Source of the DNA: Patescibacteria group bacterium | GTDB taxonomy: Bacteria; Patescibacteriota; Minisyncoccia; Minisyncoccales; UBA5738 | NCBI GenBank assembly: GCA_034678605.1 | Contig: JAXDBQ010000032.1 | Coordinates: forward strand, 40,265-104,264 | Reading direction: 5' to 3' | DNA: 64,000 nucleotides | Part shown: positions 18,419 through 29,151 of the stretch, in pieces | How positions within the stretch are numbered: the first letter of the stretch is position 1 | Layout of the letters: each line of letters starts with the position of its first letter | Made by a program: the position numbers and the translations under genes | Notes under the pieces: model-generated | Told to the model about the DNA's origin: nothing | Databases searched by the model: none | What the model saw: only the letters and a program-made list of their open reading frames with translations

Positions 18419-19938
18419 ACTGGTTCGGCGGGTCGATACGCCAGCGCTTCGGAGACATGGTTTAATCGGATTTCCTCGGAACCGTCCAGATCGGCGATGG
18501 TGCGGCTCACTTTCAGCACCCGGTGGTAGCCGCGGGCCGATATTTTAGCCGAATCCACGGCATTTTTGAGCAGCCGCTGGGACGCGTCGTCGGTTTGGCA
18601 GTATTGTTTTATTTGAGCGATGTCCATTTCCGAATTGGTTTGGCCGTTGCCGAAGCGCCGTTGTTGGATTTGCCGGCAAAGCCGCACCTTATCTTTAACT
18701 TGATCGCTGGTGGTTTTGATTTCAACATCGCGGCCGGCTAACTTTTCGTATTTTATCGCCGGAACATTAATGAAAAGATCGATCCGGTCCATCAGCGGCC
18801 CGGAAAGTTTTTTGCGATACATTCGAATTTGCGATTGCGAACAAACGCAGATTTTTTCCGGATTGCCGAAGTTGCCGCACGGGCAAGGATTCGAGGCGAT
18901 TACCAAGGTGAAGCGCGCCGGCAGAGACAGGGTGTTTTTCGCCCGCGCGATATTGATCGCGCCTTCTTCTATCGGTTGGCGCATTGCTTCCAGGGTGTCG
19001 CGATGGAATTCGGGAAATTCGTCCAAAAATAATATTCCCCGATGGGCAAGGGTGATTTCCCCCGGCCGGGGCGGATTGCCGCCGCCGATGAGCGCGGCGT
19101 CGGAGGTGGTGTGGTGCGGGGCGCGAAACGGCCGCCGCGAGATTAAAATTTGGTCGTTGAGCAAGCCGCAAACGCTGTAAATTTTTGTGACCTCCAATGA
19201 TTCTTCGAAAGAAAGTTCGGGCAGGATTGTGGGCAAAGTTTTAGCCAGCAAGGTCTTGCCGGTGCCGGGAGGCCCCCACATCGAAAGATTATGGCCGCCG
19301 CCGGCCACGATTTCAAGCGCCCGCTTTGCCGACTCTTGGCCGGAGATCAATCCCAAATCGTTTCCCCTTTCGTTTTTTTGAGAAATTGGTCGCGAATCGG
19401 CGGTTGCCGGCTCGATGACGATTTTGCCTTCCAAAAAATCAACGGCTTGCTTTAATGTTTCCACGCCGATGGCGCGCACTCCGGCAATCAGGCCGGCTTC
19501 GGCGGCGTTTTCTCGGGGAAGGATAATCTCTTTGATCCCCTTCTGCCGGCAAGCGATCGCGAAACAAACCGCGCCTTTCGCGGGCCGAAGGCGGCCGTCA
19601 AGCGCCAGTTCCCCCAAAAAAATGCGATCGGCCGGATCGAAATTGGTTTTTTTGCTTGCCGCCAGATAACCAAGAGCAATCGGCAGATCATAGAGCGCGC
19701 CTTCTTTTTTAAGATCGGCGGGCGCCAGCGAAACCAGCACTTTTACCGGTTCATGGTGCGGCGGTTTGAATCCGGCGCTTTCGATGGCCGTGCTCACTCT
19801 TTCTTTGGCTTCCTGAACGGCTTTATCGGGCAAGCCGACAATGTCAAACCGCCGCAAACCATAAGAGGCGTCAACTTCGACTTCGATGATTTGGGCATCC
19901 AGGCCGGTGATCGCCGCGGAAAATATTTTGGAAAGCAT
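18415..19938 (-). CDS. comM: ComM/YifB Mg-chelatase-like AAA+ ATPase
   Basis: IVGLPDKAV, APADLKKEG, GPPGTGKT, RPFRAPHHT, FLDEFPEF, NPCPCG. Confidence 0.95.
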   Translation of the reverse strand: MLSKIFSAAITGLDAQIIEVEVDASYGLRRFDIVGLPDKAVQEAKERVSTAIESAGFKPPHHEPVKVLVSLAPADLKKEGALYDLPIALGYLAASKKTNFDPADRIFLGELALDGRLRPAKGAVCFAIACRQKGIKEIILPRENAAEAGLIAGVRAIGVETLKQAVDFLEGKIVIEPATADSRPISQKNERGNDLGLISGQESAKRALEIVAGGGHNLSMWGPPGTGKTLLAKTLPTILPELSFEESLEVTKIYSVCGLLNDQILISRRPFRAPHHTTSDAALIGGGNPPRPGEITLAHRGILFLDEFPEFHRDTLEAMRQPIEEGAINIARAKNTLSLPARFTLVIASNPCPCGNFGNPEKICVCSQSQIRMYRKKLSGPLMDRIDLFINVPAIKYEKLAGRDVEIKTTSDQVKDKVRLCRQIQQRRFGNGQTNSEMDIAQIKQYCQTDDASQRLLKNAVDSAKISARGYHRVLKVSRTIADLDGSEEIRLNHVSEALAYRPAEPV

Positions 19939-20016
19939 GGAAGCGTAAAGCGTGAAGCGAAAAATACGGCGCCGCGTTTTTGTTTTATGTTTTACGTTTT
20001 TAGTTTCGCGCTTTTT

Positions 20017-20400
20017 TTACTTTTGGCAGTCAACGCAAAACCGAGCTTCGGGAAATATTTCCAGCCTTTGGCGCGGAATATTTTGGCCGCATTTTTCGCA
20101 TTTGCCGTAATCGCCTTTTTCGATTTTAGCAAGGGCCGCGTTGATGGCGGCAAGCTTTTCTTCGTGCTGGCGTTCTTCGGCCAAGCGCGTGGCGTATTCT
20201 TCGACCTCGTCGGCCTGCCGTTCAAGAGAAGCGGTGCCGGAATCGCCATTGCCGTACGGGAACTTGCTTTGCCAGTCCCCCGGGACGCTTTTGTTGGGAA
20301 CCGCGATTTTCGACAGTTCGGATTCGATCGCTTTTCGATCGGCTTCAAGTTTTTTTGAAATCTCTTTAAGATTATTTTCGTTTCGCGTTGTCCTGTTCAT
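20017..20400 (-). CDS. TraR/DksA C4 zinc-finger protein
   Basis: YGKCEKCG..I...RL..FP.ARFCVDC. Confidence 0.9.
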   Translation of the reverse strand: MNRTTRNENNLKEISKKLEADRKAIESELSKIAVPNKSVPGDWQSKFPYGNGDSGTASLERQADEVEEYATRLAEERQHEEKLAAINAALAKIEKGDYGKCEKCGQNIPRQRLEIFPEARFCVDCQK

Positions 20401-20613
20401 GTTCTTTTTAAAATTATTAAGCAACCATCAAATCCGGCAAAAGATCAATTATTCAACCTTCTTGGTTTTAAAGAAAAATCGCTTTTGGCGGTTAATGTTA
20501 TTTTACATTTTTTTGCCAATTGGCGCAATCGCGCAAACTGGCGCAAACCGGCAATCGCGCTTTGAAGCGCGTATTAAGCGTTTTATCCGGCCGGCGGAAT
20601 GTTTCAAGACGGT

Positions 20614-23583
20614 TCAATTCGGCAATTGATCGAAAAGCTTCACCAAAGAATCGTTTGAAGTTGAAAACGCGAAATATTTTTGTTCGTAAATCGCCCATGC
20701 CAGGGCGAAATTATCGCCGGCCGGCTTGAAGTCGACCGATTTGTATTCGATTCCTTTGGCGGTTTGCGAAATTTCAAATTTTAAAATTTCTTTTTCGTCT
20801 TGGGGCTTACGATCAAGGCGGCTGAAAAAGTAATTCGTGTCGGCAATTGCGGTTTTCTCCCAGGCCGAAAGAGCGGTTTTCAATGTTCCGGGATTGGCGG
20901 CGGCGGCCACGAACCCAAGTCGGTTTTTGCCGTTTTTGGCGTAAATGAAAAGATTGATTTCATCGCCCGTCGAGTTGTAAAAAGCGGCCGGCGGGTTGAT
21001 TTTGTACGCGCTTAAAAATTGCCTCACTCCGATTTTGGCGCCGGTAACCTTGTTTTTTATTTCAACTCCATGATAGCCATCTTCCATTTTTTTGAGCAGA
21101 TTCGGGTACAGCAAATTCGGGATATTGGAAACATCGTCCAGATAAATGGTTATCAATGAAATTGTTGAGACCGGTGATGTGTTTGCCGGCTCGGGTTCTT
21201 TTTCGGCGGGAGTTTTTTTGATCGCGGTTGTTTTTGCCGGCGGTTCGGCCTTTTTGGTCGCCGAGGGGGCGCTGTTTTTGCTCAATATCATCACAAGAAT
21301 AACCCCGAATAGTCCGGCCAAGACCAAAATAACCATCATTCTTGCCAGCAGTTTATTGTCGCCGGATTTTTTTTGAACCGGCAAGGGATCGATTTCGATT
21401 TTTTTGCCATATTCCCTAACGGCGGCCGGGTTTGCCGAGGGGACGGTGGTTTTTTTGATTTGTTGCCATCGATTTTCCAAATTCCGCGCCAATTCCGGCG
21501 GCTGCTCCAAGGATTTAAATTCCGGCGCGGCCGTTTTTTCATTTATTCCGTTTGATATCGTTTCTTTTTTAACATTTTGAGTTTCCGGAGCCGCCGTTGG
21601 TTTTTCTTTGGGCAAATTGAGCCGGTCGAGCGAAGGAATGTTTTTGGTCGGCTGGGATTCGATTTTTTCCCGATAAAAAGCCGAAGCGTCCGATGCCAAA
21701 CTTTTTTTATCGAGCGGTTTTTCTTTCGAAGAATTATTTGCCGCGACCGCCGCCGGAGTTGCTTTTTGGATTTCGTTTTGAATGTTTTTTATCGCAAGAC
21801 CGTCGGTTCCGTCTGTTTTCGCGGCCGTTTTTTGTTGCGGTTCGCTTTTTGCCGTATCGCGCGGTTTCAAAAGATCGTTTGCCATTGGGACATTTTTTTT
21901 GGCTTCAATGGCGGTTTCATGGGTCTCGTTATCTCGCGGTAGCGGATCATTTTTTTTCGCCGTTTCTTTTTTTGTTTGATCGGGAACCGCTTGCTTTACG
22001 GGATCTTCAAGTTCGGACGCGGTTTGCTTTTCTTCGGGTTGAGTTTGGATGATGTCTTTTAGGACATCTTTTTCGTATTTTATTTGATTTTCATCCAAAA
22101 GGCCGCCGATTAGATCGCGGATTTGGCGTACCGGCAAGTTTTCTTTTTCGAGCGCGGCTTCTTTTGTCGCGATTTCATTTTGGACGCGGTCTATTTTCGC
22201 GTCGAGAATGCCGATTTTATTTCGCAATGATTCGCTTTTAGCGGCAATTTCCTTTAGACTTTTTTGATTTTCCCATTTGAGGCGGACGATGGATTTCAAT
22301 TTTTCGCCGATATCCCAGCGCTGCCGTTCGGCGGCTCTTTTTTCGGCGGGATCGGCGGCCGTTTTTTCCATGTTTTCGGCTTTTTCAAGTTCTATGTTTA
22401 TTTCGTTTTCTTCTTTCGCGGCTTTGGCGAGGTCGGCTTCTTTTTCTTTTTGGGAATTTTTTGCCGATTCAAAATCCGGCAGCAGCGCCTCTTTTTCTTC
22501 GATGATTTTTAATATTTCTTCTTCAAGCCGGTTTTTTTCCGCGGCGAAATTCGCGATTTTTTCTTTTCCGCCAATGTCTTTTATTTTTGATTTTATGAAT
22601 TCCGCTTGGCTGTCTTTGGCCATTATTTCGGCAACGATGTTTTCCGTTTCGGCGGCGATCTTGAAAACGCGGTCTTCCACGTCCCAGCGTTGCTTTTCGA
22701 TTTTTTTACGTTGTTCTTCGTTTTCCCATATTTTTTCTTTTACCGTTTTTTCCTGTTCAGTCGGCTGGTTTTCTTTGACCTTTGTTTTTTCCGCCTCGAT
22801 TTTGCTTTCGATTTCTTTTTCCAATTCTTCAATGGCGGCCAATTCGCTTTTTTTTATCATCTCGATCTTGCTTTCCAGCGCGGTCCTTTTTTGTTCCAAA
22901 GGCGCTTTTTGAGCGGGGATTTCCAAAAGCTGTTTTTCAAGATCGCTTTTTTTTTGCTTTAGTTTGGCGGCAAGCTCTTTTAAAATCGCGGGAAGGTCGC
23001 GGTGGGCGTCAACGATAATCTCCGGAGCGGCGGAGTCGAAGGGATTGACGGCAAACGCTTCCTTTTTTTGCCGCGCCAAATCCTGGAGTTTCTTTTTTTC
23101 GCGCTCTTCTTCCAGCAGGATCAACCGTTGGCGCGTTTCTTCCTGGATTCGATTTTTTTCCGCTTCTTGGCGTTTTTTTTCTTCCGCGATCTTTTCTTGC
23201 CGTTTTGTTTCTTTTTTTTGTTCTTCGGCCAAAAGCGCCGCCGCTTCCCGTTTTTTTTGTTCTTCGGCGCGCGCTTGTTCTTCGGCCGCGGTTTTTTCTT
23301 TTTGGGCGGCATCCTTTTCGATGTTTTCAAGCGCTTTTTCCAGGGATCGCGATTTTTCGGCCGCGACGGTTTCTGTTTTTTTTGGCGTTGGCGCGGCGGT
23401 CGTTTTTTGTACGATTGGCGATAGCCCTTTTCGGGCCGGGTTTATTGGAAGCCCCAACGACTCGCGCAGGGAATCGTTTAATCCTTGTATGTCAAAATCA
23501 ACCGCCTCCGGTTTTTCGGAGTCTTTGCTTTTGGCAACCGCCTTTGCCAAAGTTTGGATGGCGTTTTTTTTGAATTTCAGCAT
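20614..23583 (-). CDS. Large coiled-coil protein with one TM and a C-terminal extracellular domain
   Basis: K/E-rich heptad region with two RW-containing repeats; TM near residue 750. Confidence 0.75.
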   Translation of the reverse strand: MLKFKKNAIQTLAKAVAKSKDSEKPEAVDFDIQGLNDSLRESLGLPINPARKGLSPIVQKTTAAPTPKKTETVAAEKSRSLEKALENIEKDAAQKEKTAAEEQARAEEQKKREAAALLAEEQKKETKRQEKIAEEKKRQEAEKNRIQEETRQRLILLEEEREKKKLQDLARQKKEAFAVNPFDSAAPEIIVDAHRDLPAILKELAAKLKQKKSDLEKQLLEIPAQKAPLEQKRTALESKIEMIKKSELAAIEELEKEIESKIEAEKTKVKENQPTEQEKTVKEKIWENEEQRKKIEKQRWDVEDRVFKIAAETENIVAEIMAKDSQAEFIKSKIKDIGGKEKIANFAAEKNRLEEEILKIIEEKEALLPDFESAKNSQKEKEADLAKAAKEENEINIELEKAENMEKTAADPAEKRAAERQRWDIGEKLKSIVRLKWENQKSLKEIAAKSESLRNKIGILDAKIDRVQNEIATKEAALEKENLPVRQIRDLIGGLLDENQIKYEKDVLKDIIQTQPEEKQTASELEDPVKQAVPDQTKKETAKKNDPLPRDNETHETAIEAKKNVPMANDLLKPRDTAKSEPQQKTAAKTDGTDGLAIKNIQNEIQKATPAAVAANNSSKEKPLDKKSLASDASAFYREKIESQPTKNIPSLDRLNLPKEKPTAAPETQNVKKETISNGINEKTAAPEFKSLEQPPELARNLENRWQQIKKTTVPSANPAAVREYGKKIEIDPLPVQKKSGDNKLLARMMVILVLAGLFGVILVMILSKNSAPSATKKAEPPAKTTAIKKTPAEKEPEPANTSPVSTISLITIYLDDVSNIPNLLYPNLLKKMEDGYHGVEIKNKVTGAKIGVRQFLSAYKINPPAAFYNSTGDEINLFIYAKNGKNRLGFVAAAANPGTLKTALSAWEKTAIADTNYFFSRLDRKPQDEKEILKFEISQTAKGIEYKSVDFKPAGDNFALAWAIYEQKYFAFSTSNDSLVKLFDQLPN

Positions 23584-23664
23584 GCTGTTTCACTTATTTT
23601 AGCATATGATTTTTTGCAATAAAAGGTTTTTAATTAAAAATAAAATTGGTCATTTTTGTTCAAG

Positions 23665-23705
23665 CGTTAAAAACCCCGAAGTCGCCGTTCGGAGTTTTTT
23701 AACGC
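23665..23705. terminator. Terminator hairpin after pnp
   Basis: GCGTTAAAAAC..CGAA / TTCG..GTTTTTTAACGC. Confidence 0.6.
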
Positions 23706-23739
23706 TTGGCGCCGTCGCCGCGCGGACATTATTGCTTTA

Positions 23740-25845
23740 TCAGTTGTTTTTGATGTCTTTTAAAGACAAATTTATTCGTCCTTGTTGGTCGATTTCCACC
23801 ACTTTCACCGCCACCATATCGCCGATATGGACAACATCTTCCACTTTATTAACGCGCCGGTCGGCCAATTTTGATATATGGATCATGCCTTCCTGTCCGG
23901 GGAGGATTTCCACGAACGCGCCGAAATTCATTATTCGTTTGACTTTGCCCTGGAATATTTCCCCCACTTTTACCTCGCGGGTGATGTTTTGGATCCATTC
24001 CACGGCTTTTTTGCCGGCTTCGGGTTTTTCGGCGGTGACAAAGATTGTGCCGTCTTCTTCGATATCGATTAAAACGCCGGTGTTCTCGATAATTTCGTTG
24101 ATTACTTTTCCTCCGGGCCCGATAACTTCGCGGATTTTTTCCGGGTTTATTTTGATGATGATAATGCGAGGGGCGTAGGGAGATAATTCCGGCCGCGGCG
24201 AACTCAATGTGCCTTCGATCACATCCAATATTTGGTGGCGCGCTTTTTTACCCTGCTCCAAGGCGTCGGCCATCATTTTTTCGGTGATGCCGTCGATTTT
24301 AACATCCATTTGGATGGCATTGATGCCTTTACGGGTGCCGGCCACTTTGAAATCCATATCGCCGTGATGATCTTCGGGGCCTTGAATGTCGGTGAGAATT
24401 TTATAGTTGTTCAATCCTTTCGCGATCATTCCCATTGAAATACCGGTCGCGGGCGCTTTGATGGGCACGCCGGCATCCATAAGCGCCAAGGTCGCGGCCG
24501 ACAAGGCGGCCATCGAAGTTGACCCGTTGGAGGAAACGATTTCGGAAGTTACCCTGATAGTGTAAGGAAAATCCTCCACCGACGGAATAAGCGGCAAAAG
24601 CGTTTTTTCGGCCAGCATTCCGTGTCCGATTTCCCGGCGGCCGGGCGCGCGCAAAAATCGCACTTCCCCGCAGGAATAGGGCGGAAAGTTGTAATGATGC
24701 AAAAATCGTTTCTTGCCGGTGATTTCCATTCCGTCCAGCAGTTGCTGATCGCCGGGCGCGCCCAATGTGGCGGTGGAGAGCGCCTTGGTTTCGCCTCTTT
24801 GAAAAAGACCGGAGCCATGGGTGCGCGGGATGATTGCCACGCGCGCGCTCAACGATCGCAATTGGTCGGTGGTTCGCCCGTCGGGCCGCAAACCGGTCGC
24901 CAGCACCGTTTCGTGCAAGACATTATCGATTTCTTTTTCAAAAAAGTTTTTCGCGAATTTCATTCTTTCCGAATCTTGCGGGTAAGTCAAATTGACGAAT
25001 TCTTCAATTTTTAATTTGGCCGCGTCCATCGCTTCTTGGCGGGCGGTTTTTTCTTTTTGGTACAAGGCGTTTTTTAAATCGCTTCCCAATTGAGCGCGCA
25101 ATTCATTTTCATAATCTTTGCCGAAAGCCGGTTCCTTGAGCGCCATTTTGGTTTTTCCGGCAGTTTTGGCGATTTCCAATTGAAAATCGATCAGTTGCTT
25201 GATATAAGGTTTAGCGAAACGAAACGCGCCCAAAATCATTTCTTCTCGGGCTTCGTCAAATCCCCCTTCGATCATATTGGCGATTACCTCTCCGTCGCGG
25301 ATAATTCCCGCGAAAACCACATCCATGCCGCTTTTCGCTCTTTGTTCGTAGGTTGGGTTTAAAATATAATTACCTTCCAAAAAGCCCACGCGCACCGACG
25401 CGGCCGGTCCGTTCCATGGAATATCCGACACCGTAAGCGAGCAAGAAATGCCAAACATGCTCAAGATGTCGGGCTCGTTTTCGGCGTCCCAAGACAACAC
25501 CGTGGCGATGGTTTGAACTTCGTTTTTGAGCCGATCATCGAAAAGCGGCCGGATTGCCCGGTCGATCTGGCGTGCGTTGCAAACCGCCTCATCGCTCGGG
25601 CGGGTTTCGCGCTTGATAAACCGCGGTCCCTTGATCTTTCCGGCGGCATAGTATTTTTCTTCGTAATCCACCATCAACGGGAAAAATCCCATATCGGGTT
25701 TTTCTTTTTTTGCCATCACCGCGGTGGTGAGCACCATTGTATCGCCATAGCGCACGAGCGCCGATCCGTTGGCTTGTTGGGCCAGTCCATTGATCTCAAC
25801 GGACAATTCTTTGTTCCCGAGCGTTAGGGAAAACTTGTTTTCCAT
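23740..25845 (-). CDS. pnp: Polyribonucleotide nucleotidyltransferase
   Basis: Two RNase PH domains (RREIGHG, SNGSTSMA, GDMDFKVAGT), KH and S1 domains. Confidence 0.98.
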   Translation of the reverse strand: MENKFSLTLGNKELSVEINGLAQQANGSALVRYGDTMVLTTAVMAKKEKPDMGFFPLMVDYEEKYYAAGKIKGPRFIKRETRPSDEAVCNARQIDRAIRPLFDDRLKNEVQTIATVLSWDAENEPDILSMFGISCSLTVSDIPWNGPAASVRVGFLEGNYILNPTYEQRAKSGMDVVFAGIIRDGEVIANMIEGGFDEAREEMILGAFRFAKPYIKQLIDFQLEIAKTAGKTKMALKEPAFGKDYENELRAQLGSDLKNALYQKEKTARQEAMDAAKLKIEEFVNLTYPQDSERMKFAKNFFEKEIDNVLHETVLATGLRPDGRTTDQLRSLSARVAIIPRTHGSGLFQRGETKALSTATLGAPGDQQLLDGMEITGKKRFLHHYNFPPYSCGEVRFLRAPGRREIGHGMLAEKTLLPLIPSVEDFPYTIRVTSEIVSSNGSTSMAALSAATLALMDAGVPIKAPATGISMGMIAKGLNNYKILTDIQGPEDHHGDMDFKVAGTRKGINAIQMDVKIDGITEKMMADALEQGKKARHQILDVIEGTLSSPRPELSPYAPRIIIIKINPEKIREVIGPGGKVINEIIENTGVLIDIEEDGTIFVTAEKPEAGKKAVEWIQNITREVKVGEIFQGKVKRIMNFGAFVEILPGQEGMIHISKLADRRVNKVEDVVHIGDMVAVKVVEIDQQGRINLSLKDIKNN

Positions 25846-25855
25846 GAATTTTTAA

Positions 25856-25997
25856 AATTCGAATATCGAATTTCGAATATCGAAACAAGGTTCAAATTTT
25901 CAAAATTCAAATGTCAAAAACAAAAACTTGTTTCGAACATTTGATCATTTGAAAATTCTGATTTGTTTCGAATTTCGATATTCGTGCTTCGAATTTG
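25856..25997. repeat. ATCGAA-family element, empty copy
   Basis: AAATTCGAATATCG..GAAACAA / TTGTTTCG..TTCGAATTT arms. Confidence 0.8.
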
Positions 25998-26005
25998 TTT
26001 TAAAA

Positions 26006-26503
26006 TTATTTGCTCATTAAAAATTTGGCCGGTTCTTTTTCCATGTCGATGAATTCATCGGCGATTTCTTTTAATTTTGACGACGCCGAACGCCCAAAAG
26101 CGATGATTTCCACCCGTTTGCCCTGGTTTTCAAGGTATTCCACCAATTGCTGGAAGTCGCCGTCGCCCGAAGCCAAAACGATCGTGTCCACCGAGGGGCT
26201 GATGCGAATCGCGTCCACGGTGATCCCCACATCCCAATCGGCTTTTTTGAGGCCGTCGAAATATTCCTGCAGGTCGCGGATGCGAGTTTCAATCCCCAGC
26301 TTGACCAGCGCCTCGAAAAAAGGTTTTTCTTCGCCGGTTTTGGTGCGCACCACATAGGCGAACGCCCGAATCAAATTGCGGCGGCCCACGGCGGATTTTA
26401 ACACTTCTCGAAAGTTCACGCGCGCCTGGTAAAGGTTGCGCGCCGAATAATAAAGATTTTGCACGTCGATTAGAACGGCAACTCTTTGAGCGTTTAATTG
26501 CAT
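26006..26503 (-). CDS. NYN (LabA/DUF88, PIN-like) domain protein
   Basis: IDVQNL, KADWDVGITVD, LASGDGDF, ADEFID. Confidence 0.93.
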   Translation of the reverse strand: MQLNAQRVAVLIDVQNLYYSARNLYQARVNFREVLKSAVGRRNLIRAFAYVVRTKTGEEKPFFEALVKLGIETRIRDLQEYFDGLKKADWDVGITVDAIRISPSVDTIVLASGDGDFQQLVEYLENQGKRVEIIAFGRSASSKLKEIADEFIDMEKEPAKFLMSK

Positions 26504-26544
26504 GTTACATTAAGCCAAAACCTCCGCGCGAGCGGAGGCGGAAA

Positions 26545-26811
26545 TTATTTTTTCAATCCCAGCTGTTTGGCGATTTGCGCGTATTGGTTCACGTCGGTGT
26601 CGCGCAAATAATTTAAGAATTTGCGGCGCTTGGAAACCATTTTCAGCAGTCCCCTTTTTGAATGGATATCTTTGGCGTGTTTTTTCAAGTGTTTTTGCAG
26701 GCGGTCGATCTCTTCGCTCAGCAAGGCGATTTGCACGTTGGGAGAGCCGGTGTCTTCCTGATGAAGCTTGTATTTTTCGATCAACTTGGCTTTTTCTTCG
26801 GTGGTCAACAT
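26545..26811 (-). CDS. rpsO: 30S ribosomal protein S15
   Basis: DTGSPNVQIALL, HSKRGLLKMVSKRR. Confidence 0.98.
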   Translation of the reverse strand: MLTTEEKAKLIEKYKLHQEDTGSPNVQIALLSEEIDRLQKHLKKHAKDIHSKRGLLKMVSKRRKFLNYLRDTDVNQYAQIAKQLGLKK

Positions 26812-26919
26812 TTTTTTGTATTTTATTATTTTCTGCGGAAAATAAAATTATTGAATTTTTAATTTTGAATTTTGTATTTTCTCATTACTCATCAACTCAT
26901 TACTCATCAACTATCCCAG

Positions 26920-26991
26920 TGCCCCCAGCAGGATTCGAACCTGCAACGAACTGCTTAAGAGGCAGCTACTCTACCGTTGAGTCATGGGGGC
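26920..26991 (-). tRNA. tRNA-Lys(CTT)
   Basis: Cloverleaf; loop CT-CTT-AA; CCA not encoded. Confidence 0.93.
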
Positions 26992-26998
26992 TTCTTTT

Positions 26999-27415
26999 TT
27001 ACGGCCCGGTCGGACAATTCACGCTGTTAAAATCCAACGGGTTATCGACGATGTATCCGGCCCCCTTTAATCCCGTGGTTATTATCGCGAAACTGCCGTA
27101 GATCAACGCCAGCCCGATGATCACCATTAAAATTATTTTTTTGGATTCGGCCAAGACCTCGGAATTGTTTTGGTTGATCAGCATTTTGAAACCGGCGATC
27201 GCGATCACCAATCCGGCGGCCACCGGCACAATCCCCACGATCACCAAAATGATGATATTGTCGATCAATTCGAACAAATGGCATATTCCGCATTGCGGTT
27301 GGCCCGCGCCGCCGCAAGCCGGCAACAATTGCTCGGGGTCTCTTGCCAGCGCTTGGCCGAAAAGCGAAAAAGTCAATAGTGTTCCCAAAATAATCGTTGT
27401 TAATTTTTTTTTCAT
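26999..27415 (-). CDS. CPR-type pilin (VirB2/TrbC-like)
   Basis: Signal peptide, C..C..C motif, IAGFKML...SKKIILMVIIGLALIYGS. Confidence 0.85.
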   Translation of the reverse strand: MKKKLTTIILGTLLTFSLFGQALARDPEQLLPACGGAGQPQCGICHLFELIDNIIILVIVGIVPVAAGLVIAIAGFKMLINQNNSEVLAESKKIILMVIIGLALIYGSFAIITTGLKGAGYIVDNPLDFNSVNCPTGP

Positions 27416-27446
27416 TTTGGCGGTCGAAATTTCGAGGCGTCTTGGG

Positions 27447-27518
27447 CGCCTCTGGAGGGAATCGAACCCCCGTCGCCGGTTCCGAAGACCGGCACTTTGT
27501 CCGTTAAGCTACAGAGGC
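27447..27518 (-). tRNA. tRNA-Arg(TCG)
   Basis: Cloverleaf; CCGGT-CTTCGGA-ACCGG. Confidence 0.92.
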
Positions 27519-27652
27519 CAACGGCCGATAATCACGATCACATTATACCAAAGAATTGAAAAAAAGCAAATATTGCGATATAAAAGAAAGCGTAAAGCGT
27601 AAAGTGAAAAGCGCAAAGTGAAAAAATTAAAGCAAGAATAATTATATTTTAA

Positions 27653-29146
27653 ATGCAAGATTTGCTTAATAAAATACCTTTAGGAGTCCGCCAGCTGATC
27701 GAAGCCATGCAAGCCGCCGGATTTGAATGCCATATCGTGGGCGGTTGCGTGCGCGATCTTTTGGCGGGTGTTGAGCCGTCGGATTGGGACGCGGCCACCA
27801 ATGCCGCTCCGGAGCAGATTCGCGCGATTTTTCCCGACAGCTACGCCGACAATGATTTTGGCACGGTGCGGGTGCGCATGCCGCAAAACGCGGCCGGTGA
27901 TTTTTTGGAAATTGAAGCGACCCCCTACCGCGTGGAATCAAAGTACACCGATAAAAGACATCCCGACAAGGTGGAATGGGCGGACAGCATTAAGGATGAT
28001 TTATCGCGGCGCGATTTCACGGTCAATGCCATCGCGATGGGCTATATAAAGGAAGGCGGCAAAATCAACATTGATATAATTGATCTTTTCGGGGGACGAG
28101 ATGATTTAAAAAATAAAATTATTCGCGCGGTGCGCGATCCCGATGAAAGATTTTTGGAGGACGCGTTGCGGATGATGCGGGCGGTGCGGTTTGCGGTTTC
28201 GCTTGGTCCGGATTGGCGCGTCGAAGAAAAAACGATGCGCGCGATCGCCGCCAATTCGCGGTGGCTGAAAATGGTCTCGCAAGAAAGAATTCGCGATGAA
28301 TTCGCGAAAATTGTCATGGCCGATCGCGGCGTTGAAGGCATCGAAATTTTGCGCCAAACCGGATTGTTGGAGCATATCATTCCCGAAATGTTGGAAGGGG
28401 TTGGTTGCGGCCAAAACAAGCATCATATTTATGATTGTTACGCTCACCTGCTTAAATCGTTTGAATTCGCGGTTGCCAAAAAATTCAATTTTCACGTGCG
28501 AATGGCTTCGCTTTTGCATGATATCGGCAAGCCGCGAGCAAAATCCGGCGAGGGGCCAAACGCCACTTTTTATAACCATGAGATCATCGGCGCGCGCCTG
28601 GCCAAAAAAATTTTGGAGCGGATGAAATTTTCCAAAAAAGATATTGCCAAGATCGTTTTGTTGGTGCGCTATCATCTCTTTTACTATAATGTGGGCGAAG
28701 TGAGTGAAGCGTCGGTGCGGCGGCTGGTGCGCAATGTGGGCAGCGAAAATTTGGAAGAGTTGCTGCAGGTGCGCATGGCTGACCGCATCGGTTCGGGCTG
28801 TCCAAAAGCCGAGCCTTATAAATTGCGCCATTTGCGCTATTTAATGGAAAAGACCGCGCTTGATCCCATTGATCCAAAGATGATAAAAGTGAATGGGAAA
28901 GATGTGATGGAAGTTTTAAATATCGCGCCGGGGCCGAAAGTCGGCCAGATTTTGGAAATTTTATTGGCGCGGATTTTAAACGATCCGCGATCAAACGATC
29001 GCGATTATTTGTTGGGCGAGATCAAACGGCTTGGCGGCCTTGGCGACAATGAATTGGCGCGAATCGCGCTTGACGCCAAAAAACAAAAAAACGAAGTTGA
29101 GATCAAGCGGGATCAAATGACGAAGAGGAAGTATTGGATAGTGTGA
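27653..29146 (+). CDS. cca: CCA tRNA nucleotidyltransferase with HD domain
   Basis: VGGCVRD, DWD, RRDFTVNA, EDALRMMRAVRF, LLHDIGKP. Confidence 0.93.
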   Translation: MQDLLNKIPLGVRQLIEAMQAAGFECHIVGGCVRDLLAGVEPSDWDAATNAAPEQIRAIFPDSYADNDFGTVRVRMPQNAAGDFLEIEATPYRVESKYTDKRHPDKVEWADSIKDDLSRRDFTVNAIAMGYIKEGGKINIDIIDLFGGRDDLKNKIIRAVRDPDERFLEDALRMMRAVRFAVSLGPDWRVEEKTMRAIAANSRWLKMVSQERIRDEFAKIVMADRGVEGIEILRQTGLLEHIIPEMLEGVGCGQNKHHIYDCYAHLLKSFEFAVAKKFNFHVRMASLLHDIGKPRAKSGEGPNATFYNHEIIGARLAKKILERMKFSKKDIAKIVLLVRYHLFYYNVGEVSEASVRRLVRNVGSENLEELLQVRMADRIGSGCPKAEPYKLRHLRYLMEKTALDPIDPKMIKVNGKDVMEVLNIAPGPKVGQILEILLARILNDPRSNDRDYLLGEIKRLGGLGDNELARIALDAKKQKNEVEIKRDQMTKRKYWIV

Positions 29147-29151
29147 TTGTC

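Noticed and set aside
22264-23602. Long antisense ORFs opposite coiled-coil and housekeeping genes (also 47519-48388 and 58138-59205)
   Set aside because: Shadow frames of well-supported genes with no recognisable domains.
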